64,000 nucleotides of DNA, taken from the NCBI GenBank assembly GCA_019828565.1, contig JAHDYR010000038.1:140735-204734 (forward strand), read 5' to 3'. The notes below the pieces were generated by a model that ran no database searches, was not told where the DNA came from, and was given only the letters and a program-made list of their open reading frames with translations. Below, piece after piece: positions 56,389-64,000 of this stretch (its first letter is position 1; each line of letters opens with the position of its first letter). The position numbers were made by a program, and so were the translations under genes. Origin of the DNA: Carpediemonas membranifera BICM (taxonomy: Eukaryota; Protista; Fornicata).

Positions 56389-59300
56389 CTACACCCAAGC
56401 GCTCGTGGAGAGGCGCACGGCTTCACTGACGTAGGTCTGCATCGAGTCGAGCTGTTTCCAGCCCCCGATTGCTTGGATCACTGCTGGGGCTACACCTAGC
56501 TTCATCATGTGGACTGCGCCTCCTCTCCGGAATGAGTGGCCCGACGCGCGCAGCACCTCCTCTAGGTCCATGGACATCTCCCATCTTCTCCAAGGGTGGT
56601 CTCTGTTCATCAGGGAGGACCTGTTGTCCTTGATCAGCGCGTCCCTGGCCTCGAATGAGCGCCACAGGGGTCCTTCATCTGGGAGGTTTTCCCTATGTCT
56701 CGCAAGCCAGTCTGCCGGGTTGTCGTCTCCGGGGACGTTAGGGACCAGCTTTAGCATGGGTTCATCCGATGTCTTGGAGCGTCGTATGGTGATGGTGATG
56801 TCCCTGCCGTGTCGTTCGACGTCTGATGTTGAGAGCCCCCGTATCTCCCCCGACCGAGATATTGTCGCGAACCCGACCAGCCCGAAAGCTATTGCTTGAG
56901 TCAATGCTGGTGTGGCGCTCTTGCCTGCTTGCACCGCGGCCTGTGACAGGGTCTCCCTGGCTATTGGCCATGCTTTCCCTGTTCGACGCTGGCTTGACGT
57001 TGGGCACCTTCCAGCCAATCTGCCACAGGCCTTGATCAGGGCCCGGTGGAGTGGTGGGCATTCTATGGGTTCGCCCAATGCGGTCATTCCATCTCTGATG
57101 TTTGCCTCCTTCGTTAGCAGTGAGTCTTTGGCGAGGAAGGGCACCTCCCCTATCATGTACCATAGCAGTGTGTCGTCATCGTCCCCCGCGATTGCCACCT
57201 CCTCGAACTCTTGCACCCACTTCTGGTCATGGATTTTCTCGTGGGCTTGTCGTACGATCTCCCATGCAGCTTCCCGTGGGGTTGGTGCCGGGTCGTCATT
57301 TTGTCCGAGGTAGGCCTCGAAGTCCGAGTCATCTGGTTCTCTGGTCATGTTGCGGAAGAATGTGAACTTTGCGGTCTCTGTTGCAATTCGATCACGCGTC
57401 ACCTTCTCGAGGCGGAGCAGGAGCGGGCTGGACGCGACCTTTCTCTCGACGTCCTCGTTCTTAGGACGGCTAGCCCGGGACCATATTATCTGCGTTCTGG
57501 TTCTGTCGGGTGTCACGCCTGCGGCTCTTAGTGCTCGGTGTCGCGCTTGCACTGCTGATGCTGATAGGAAGATTCCGAGGCTGACGTCGTCACCGGGACC
57601 CAGTACGCCCTGAAGGGAATGTGTGTCTTGCCCTCGAACAGTACCGCCAACTCCGTGTCTGCCCACCAGTGGGCTGGTAGCGATGCGTTGACTGTCTCCT
57701 GTGCGACTCGGATAAGGCGCAAGTCGATGTTCGTCTGCCTGACTGGGGCGATAACTAGGATTCCTGACTGTTGTTGACTGGGATGTCTCTCTTCTCGTTG
57801 GTCTACGATTGCCTCCAGTCGTTCGGCCACTCGGTCGAGCATGGCCACCGGGGGACCGCCATTGACCGGCACTCTGTCCAGTTCGCTGTGAACGCGTCTC
57901 TGCAGTAGTCGTAGTCCTGGGGTAAGAACCTTTCGGCCGCGAACAGCGCTCGGTCCACTGCTCCCCACCTCTCTATCGCAGCTGCCAGCAGGGCCGCTGG
58001 CATGGCCCAATCGAGCTTCTTGTACCTCGACAGAGCATCGGCCGTTGTGTTGAATACACCTGCGATATGTTTGACTCTCAAGCGGCAACCGTTGGCATGC
58101 AGGAAGTCGTGTAGGTCGGCGATCTCCCGGCGAATGTGGGCTGGGGCCTTCGTCGAACTCTTCGCAACCCACGCGAGTGACGAGGTGTTGTCTCCCGCGA
58201 TCAGGACATCTCTGTCTCGGATCACATGTGCCCAGTGTCGCAGCGCCGTGGTTATGGCCCTCGTCTCTTTGCAGTTGATCGACTTGTGTATGAATGACTG
58301 CTTGAACCGGCCCTGGATCTCCATCCTCTCGCTGTCTGTCCATATTGTCGCGCCGTAAGCTACGTCCGAGGCGTCTGTCTCGACCCTGATCTCCGGTCGC
58401 GGTGACCCCTGCATTGCGTACTGCGGGTCTGTCGCGATCACACGCGCCCACCATCTGAGGTCTGTGCGGGCGTCTCGGAGCATGGAGGCTCTCGTAAATC
58501 GCTGACTCGGCGCAGTCACCATTAACTGGAGTTCTCTCAGTCGAGGAAGCGTTCTTGCTCCTACTGCGAATCTGGCGAAAAGGAGTTTGCCAATGAGTCG
58601 CTGGAGTTCTATCTTCGTTGTTCTTCGTTCTTTGAGCACCTGATCGATCATTCTTCTCAGCTCCACGCGCTTGTCGTTCGGAAGAGACATTGTGTTCTTG
58701 CGCGTATCGATAACTATTCCCAGGTACTCGATTCGTCGTGTCGGTGTAAGAACGCACTTGTTTCTCGAGATTATCATTCCTAGCCGCTCCATTATCTTCA
58801 GGACTTCGGGCATCTTTCGTGCTAGCTCTTGCTGTGATGGGTCGGCGAACAACAGGTCGTCTAGGTAGACGAACACTGTGAGAGAGAGCTCTCGGCGGAT
58901 GATCTTCGCCGCCTGCGCCGTGATCGATTGAAATGCTTCCGGGGCCGTGTTGAGGCCGAAAGGAAGCGCGTTCCAGCGGTACGTGTTCCCTTCGTGCTGG
59001 AAGCCTAGCCATTTCCGACCCGTCTGTTCGACCAGGACTTGGTAATATCCGCTCTTCAGGTCCACGCTGGCGAGCCACGCCCCCTTGGTCAGTGCATTCG
59101 CTATCTCGGTCAATCCCTTCAGTCGGAATCGCCTGGTTGTCTGGTACCAGTTCACCGGCCTCAGGTCGTGGATGAGGCGCCAGTCTATGTGGTTCTTCTT
59201 CAGCGTCATGAAGATTGGGCAGACTTGCGCTACCTCTGTCGGTGCACACTGCTCCACTGCTTGCAGCTCCATTAGCTCGTTGATTGTGTCTGTGATCGGG

Positions 59301-60123
59301 CCCTGTGACCCGTTGGGCGACGAGTTCGTCGTCTGCCCGTCCTGTACTGGGACTCCCTGCCGGAGTAAGTCCACGACACTCGTGCTGGCCCCCATGGCCT
59401 CCCCACTCTTTCCACGCTCGACTCATTGAGCCAACCACGTGTGTCCGTTGACCTGGACCAGAGACGGGCTGAGCGTCGGACAATAGGTGCCATGTGTCCT
59501 GGCTTGTTTCGCTTCTTGCTTGCTCTTGTGACATTCTTCTCTGTATTCAAAACGTAGACGGTGCCTTTTATATCTGAGGATGGCATAACCTCACTTGGGC
59601 AACTACTGCTGCCCCGGGGCCGCATTGCGGTTGCCCGAGGCTTTCTGGAATCTGTGGTTGTTGTATCCGTGGTTTCGGAAGGGACGCTTGGCGAACCGGT
59701 GTGATGTGTGAGCCCGCGTGGCAGGGATGGCCTTCTTGGCCTTGGCGGCGACCTTGACGAGGTCCTTGACGTTGGATATGTCCTCGGCGGTGACGATAAA
59801 GTAGGCGGCCGCTTCTTCGTTGGCAGAGTCGAGGACTCGGAGGAACTCGAGGCGCTTTTCAACGGCAAGATTAATGGCTGTGGTTATGTCAGCAATCGTC
59901 TCCCTTGCTGGGGTCAGCCAGGATTGACTTGATTTCTCCGTGTAGGGCGCGCAGGTGTTGGAATTCTTTGAGCACTGCTGGGATTTTTGGTGGGTTTGCG
60001 TACATCCTCAGCATTCGTGCGGACATCGTCAAGATTCTCGCTCAGTGATGCTATTGTAGCAGCCTGTGACCGCACCAGGGCCTCCAGGCTCTCCAGTGTC
60101 ACGGGGGGCTGTGCGTCGCCCAT
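56389..60123 (-). pseudogene. YR, RT-RH-MT and gag ORFs of family-1 unit 3 (1-nt indels at about 57850, 59567, 59903)
   Basis: Near-identical to unit 2; the indels swap frames between the RT and YR ORFs. Confidence 0.85.
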
Positions 60124-60317
60124 CTTCTCGGAACTACCGGGGAATGGGGTTTTAACCCCTTGGTAAAATTGGTCTGAACTGGACCGTAGATTTGATTCGA
60201 ATATTTGGTCAATATTCGATCTCTCTCGAATATTTGTACCAGATGGCCGGTAGTCCATCTGGGCCTGTACCACGCCCCGAGGCGTACTTACGCATCGCGT
60301 CTACGACGGTATGCCAA

Positions 60318-60390
60318 GGTCCCTTAGTGTAAGTGGTTAGCACTCAGGACTCTGAATCCTGCGATGCCAGTTCGAGTCTGGCAGGGACCA
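60318..60390 (+). tRNA. trnQ-CTG: tRNA-Gln(CTG)
   Basis: Acceptor stem GGTCCCT/AGGGACC, D arm TAGTGTAAGTGGTTAGCACT, anticodon arm CAGGA-CT CTG AA-TCCTG, T arm GCCAG-TTCGAGT-CTGGC. Confidence 0.95.
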
Positions 60391-60399
60391 AACTTTATG

Positions 60400-62925
60400 T
60401 ACTTCTTGTCATTTTCATGAGTCAATCAGCTAGCTATCCTAGCCTCATGACATTCTTTTCATTAACCAACGGGGATATCCCGCCGGCAACGTGCTAACAA
60501 TGGTTGGCCCACAGGCACGCAAGTGGGCCCCCCGACCAACCCCTCGTGGGTTCGCGTCCAAGAATGTCAGTACCGTGCTAATCGTCACTGCCCCACGACT
60601 CCCGTCGTGATTTAGAGTGGTGGTTGTAGTAGAATTGAGGCCAGGTGACCCTGGACCCCTGGATGGGTGCGTACCCCGTTACCCATGTACCTCAGCATGC
60701 TCTTCGTAGATGACCACGTGCCCATTGAAAGGAGGACCTCCGTGTTTGTGTTGGCCACTGCCAGCTCAGTAGCTGCCCCCTTGCGGAAGGAGTGCCATGA
60801 AACGCTCGGGCCGAAGGCGCTGTGGATCCATGTGCGGAGGGTGGACGCTGCAAGTGGACACGTGAGTGATATACCTCCCGATGGACCGATCGTGCGCCAG
60901 ATCGAGTCGGAATTGTGTCGCGTCGCAGTTGGGACCCAGGCCTTGAGGGCTCTTGCCGGGTTGAAGCGGTCCCATGACCTGTTAGGAATAAGCTTATGGA
61001 TGCCCTTGGCCGTCTTGGTGCGGGGGAACCAGAGCATAGCGTTGCCCTGTTCATCGAAAGAGATGTCGCCTCTCGTCAGGCCGAAGATCTCGCCTCCCCG
61101 GCTGACTGAGATGAATGTAAGTGCAGCGAACAGCGCTACCTGGAACGCTTTCGGTGAGGAGCGTCGCCTGTCGACGACCTTGCGGACCTGGGCTCTGGTC
61201 ACCGGTAGTGCGCCTCCTGTTAGGCCGTCGAGAGATGCTACGTTCTCCGCACTCTTGATGATCTGCCTGGCTTCTGGCGGAGGTCGCCAGTTGGAGACGA
61301 GTGGAGCCGCTTGACAGATCCAGTAGCCCTTTCTGTGGATACTCTGCGGGCCAGTGGTCTCGCCCTCGGCGAGGAGGAATGCTCTGAGTTGTTCGGCGTC
61401 GGAGAGGGCTGCCTGTCGCGATAGGACGAACTTAGAGACCCAGCCAGCCGCTGAGCGGCGCGATGACTCGTTTCGGAAGTGAGATAGCCTGTCGTGGCGG
61501 AGGAGTTCGTCGAACGGGTCTTGACGATCATCGCAATCATTCTGATCTTTCCTTGCCTCTCGGTCCAGGATAGCTCCGTGTTGAGCATGTGCGAGGAGTG
61601 GACTCTGAGATACATCTTGTGTTGGGACAGCCGTTTCAGCGCTCTGACTTCGGGTGAGTTGAGATCGGGGAAGAGGAGTATTGCCGCTGACCTCCACGTC
61701 CGAGGGGACGTAGTCGGGGTCTGAGGCGTCCGAATCTTCTCCAGACGACGATGTGCCGCTCCCAAGAGCGCTGTCGGCGGAGCCAGATAGATCCTGGCGC
61801 CGGTCCAGGAGCGCTGGAAGCCGTGATCGTCGAGGGACCAAGCTTTCCTGACGAATCCTGGCAGTGCGAGCTTCTTGTCCGGAGATGCAGTGACGTCTAT
61901 CTCCGCCGGACCCCACTTGGCCATTATCGTCTCGAGTACCTCGCGGGGTGAGTGCCAATCGAGCTTTGCGAATCTCGACAGCCGGTCCGCCTGGACATTG
62001 AGGTGCCCTGCGATATGGAAGCAGTGAATATCGACATTCTTCGTGTTCGCCGTGGTGAAGATATCCTGCAGGAGTCGAATGGCCGTGTCGGCGAGACATG
62101 GGGAGCCCTGGCGGTTGACCCATGCGATGGCCGCGGTGTTGTCCGAAAAGATAGCTAGTTGGGTCCTGGTGCGCTGGGTTGGGGTGAGCTTGATAGCCTG
62201 GCCAATCGCGTAGAGCTCCTTGACTCCGATATGAGAGTCTCGGAACTCGGGAGGAAAGCGGCCTTGAGCCGAGCGGCCCTGGTCGCCGTTGAATAGGCAG
62301 GCGCCCCACGCGAAGGAGGACGCGTCGGATGCGACCGAGAGCTGGAGTTCGTCCTTGATCTCCCAGTCTGCCCTGGCCTGAGCGAAGGGTCTGGATGGAC
62401 GATCTCTGAGCAGCGCTAGCCAGCTGTTGAGCTGGCGACGCATCTGCTGCGAGATGTGAAGCGTCGGGGCGGGATGTAGGGCCTGGAGTGATCTGAGCTG
62501 GAGCCTGGCGAACTGTGTCGTACTTGCGAAGAACGAGAGGCGGCCTAGTAGGCGTTGCCACTCGGTTGCATCGATCCTGCCGGCCCTGAGGGCCTGCTCG
62601 ATTGATGTTGCATAGCGATCGGCTCTGTCCTTGGAAATCTGCAGTGTCTCGGCGGCTGTGTTGATGGTGACTCCTAGGTACTCCAGGCGTTGTGTGGGAG
62701 TTAGGATGCACTTGTTGAGCCCTGGGATAGCTCCCAGCGACCTCATGAGCGCGACTATTTGGGGAGCGGCGTCTGCTAGGTGGCGACGTGACCGATGTGA
62801 GATGAGAAAGTCGTCGAGGTACACCGCTATTGTCACGTTGAAGCGGTTCGCGAGTATCTTTGCTAGCTGGATGGACGTAGACTGGAACACGAACGGGGCA
62901 GCGGTCCAGCCGAACCCTAGTGTGT
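60400..62925 (-). mobile_element. DIRS-order retrotransposon family 3, 5'-truncated; 3' boundary approximate
   Basis: RT begins abruptly at LGFGWTAAPFVFQ; VYLDDF, RNase H (ASDAS, SDNTAA, NVQADRLSR), MT-like region (WG..EIDVTAS...SW...YLAPP) and YR. Protein-level similarity to family 1, but clearly different DNA. Confidence 0.88.
60612..62711 (-). CDS. Tyrosine recombinase ORF of family 3 (overlaps RT-RH-MT)
   Basis: ISVSRGGEI, PRTKT, WHSFRKGAA, GTW and MLRY. Confidence 0.85.
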   Translation of the reverse strand: MHPNSHTTPGVPRSHHQHSRRDTADFQGQSRSLCNINRAGPQGRQDRCNRVATPTRPPLVLRKYDTVRQAPAQITPGPTSRPDASHLAADASPAQQLASAAQRSSIQTLRSGQGRLGDQGRTPALGRIRRVLLRVGRLPIQRRPGPLGSRPLSSRVPRLSYRSQGALRDWPGYQAHPNPAHQDPTSYLFGQHRGHRMGQPPGLPMSRRHGHSTPAGYLHHGEHEECRYSLLPYRRAPQCPGGPAVEIRKARLALTPRGTRDDNGQVGSGGDRRHCISGQEARTARIRQESLVPRRSRLPALLDRRQDLSGSADSALGSGTSSSGEDSDASDPDYVPSDVEVSGNTPLPRSQLTRSQSAETAVPTQDVSQSPLLAHAQHGAILDREARKDQNDCDDRQDPFDELLRHDRLSHFRNESSRRSAAGWVSKFVLSRQAALSDAEQLRAFLLAEGETTGPQSIHRKGYWICQAAPLVSNWRPPPEARQIIKSAENVASLDGLTGGALPVTRAQVRKVVDRRRSSPKAFQVALFAALTFISVSRGGEIFGLTRGDISFDEQGNAMLWFPRTKTAKGIHKLIPNRSWDRFNPARALKAWVPTATRHNSDSIWRTIGPSGGISLTCPLAASTLRTWIHSAFGPSVSWHSFRKGAATELAVANTNTEVLLSMGTWSSTKSMLRYMGNGVRTHPGVQGHLASILLQPPL

Positions 62926-62929
62926 TCAT
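61238..62929 (-). pseudogene. 5'-truncated RT - RNase H - MT-like ORF of family 3
   Basis: The upstream RT motifs seen in families 1 and 2 are missing; the rest is open. Confidence 0.85.
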
Positions 62930-63438
62930 GCTGCGTTTTCCGGTACTCTAACCGGGACTTAAAGTCCCAGAATCAAGTCCCGGAATCCTTGATTGATTTT
63001 GATCGATGTCGTCGGATCATCCCCAAAGTGGGTGACAGTCTTCTACTAGCCTAGTTCTACCTCTGGAAACATTATTAGCGCATGTCGATGTCACAAAAAA
63101 TATTTATGATCGTTTTCCGTATCGTCAGTGCAGGATAAGGTCGCATGACTTGGCCAAAGTCGCTCTTCAGAACTCGATCGTCTGACACATACAAACGCTA
63201 AAAGTGGTTGGCAAAGATGCATTAGACCTTGTATATGACGTGTATAGACAAAATTTCGGGTGTTGCACTGTCACCTCTGAGGGGTATCCTCTCAAAAAGT
63301 GTTGAAACTCCTACTGTAACATCCCCTTGCTGTCCTAGCAACGGAATAGTACTTTATTTACTTCAACTTTATCCCATTCGATAAAGAAAAGTCAAATTGT
63401 GTGAGCAATCTTCAACCTTAAAGTGCCATACAGGCATC

Positions 63439-64000
63439 ATGGAAAAGACCCAAAAACGAGAAATCCTGATTGCAATTGCAAAAGAAGTATTCTACTTTCA
63501 ACGCGATTGTGCTCAAGCCATGCCTGTTGCGGTTTCAGAGGTGTGCTGGGCTATTCTGCCAGATGATATCCGAGCTCTCTACAAGAAGAAGCAAGCGATG
63601 GCTTGTTCTCTTCGTCATGCCCTTATCCACGCTCTGGATGGACTCGCCCCCTCGTCTTACCAGATCAACACCGAGGGTAAGGTCAAGGGTGTGTTCCTCA
63701 AGGACTTCGGCGAGATCAACCTATCAAGGCTGCAGGACAACCTGCAGGCAGCATCAGGTACCACTAGCACTGTGGTATGGCAGCCTCCGGTTTCGCGCTA
63801 CATCAGCATCCCCTTCCAGACCTATTCGAAGAAGAAGGACAAGAGGGCTCGGAAACAGTCTCAACCCGCCCCTCAGTCGGTCGTAACTGTTCGTGACAAT
63901 CTGGCCAGTGAACACAGACAGCGGGAAGCAGCGCACATCGACCAAGTCGCTTCCCAATTTTCCACATGTGTGGCGCAGGCAACGGCACTTATCCAGACAG
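63439..64000 (+). CDS. Hypothetical protein (runs off the window end)
   Basis: Manual translation MEKTQKREILIAIAKEVFYF... is open from 63439 to the window end and absent from the ORF track. Confidence 0.55.
   Translation, partial: MEKTQKREILIAIAKEVFYFQRDCAQAMPVAVSEVCWAILPDDIRALYKKKQAMACSLRHALIHALDGLAPSSYQINTEGKVKGVFLKDFGEINLSRLQDNLQAASGTTSTVVWQPPVSRYISIPFQTYSKKKDKRARKQSQPAPQSVVTVRDNLASEHRQREAAHIDQVASQFSTCVAQATALIQT

Larger units (their letters stand above)
38347..60315 (-). mobile_element. PAT-like (split direct repeat) tyrosine-recombinase retrotransposon family 1, arranged as (A-ORFs-B)x3-A-spacer-B
   Basis: Three near-identical units: 38662-51658 (interrupted by the LINE), 51659-55987 (4329 bp) and 55988-60315 (4328 bp), plus terminal A/B repeats at 38347-38661. 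Each unit encodes gag-like, RT-RNaseH-MT and YR ORFs. No TSD. Confidence 0.9.

Noticed and set aside
51659-60315. LTR retrotransposon, prophage or bacterial integrative element
   Set aside because: No DDE integrase or protease; the DIRS-type RT/RNaseH/MT with overlapping YR and the intron-bearing eukaryotic flanks fit DIRS-order elements.
1-64000. CRISPR array or rRNA genes
   Set aside because: No regularly spaced short repeats with unique spacers and no rRNA signatures seen.

Overview
Gene-dense eukaryotic DNA with very short spliceosomal introns (28-75 nt, often ending in CTAACACAG-like fused branch/acceptor sites), from a flagellated protist. The intron style and gene content resemble a free-living fornicate/metamonad such as Carpediemonas; this is inference. 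Positions 1-36 kb hold host genes: an MsrB-MsrA fusion missed by the ORF track, APE1/ExoIII, an exosome RNase PH subunit, a DNAH6-like axonemal dynein heavy chain, an RCC1-like protein, GFAT, a ZIP4/TEX11-like meiotic TPR protein, an adenylate kinase with a presequence-like N-terminus, Fe/Mn-SOD, MECR, a multipass membrane protein, DUF1764, site-2 protease and a START-like protein. Positions 36.9-62.9 kb form a retroelement nest around a tRNA-Gln(CTG) gene. It contains three distinct DIRS-order tyrosine-recombinase retrotransposon families. One is a split-direct-repeat (PAT-like) element amplified as three near-identical 4.33-kb head-to-tail units ending 2 bp upstream of the tRNA. An 8.65-kb APE-type non-LTR retrotransposon (15-bp TSD, TTTC tail) is inserted in the first unit. 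The most striking observation is that ORF1 of this LINE appears to encode a Maelstrom-like (DEDD + ECHC) nuclease domain, a fold normally used by hosts for transposon silencing.
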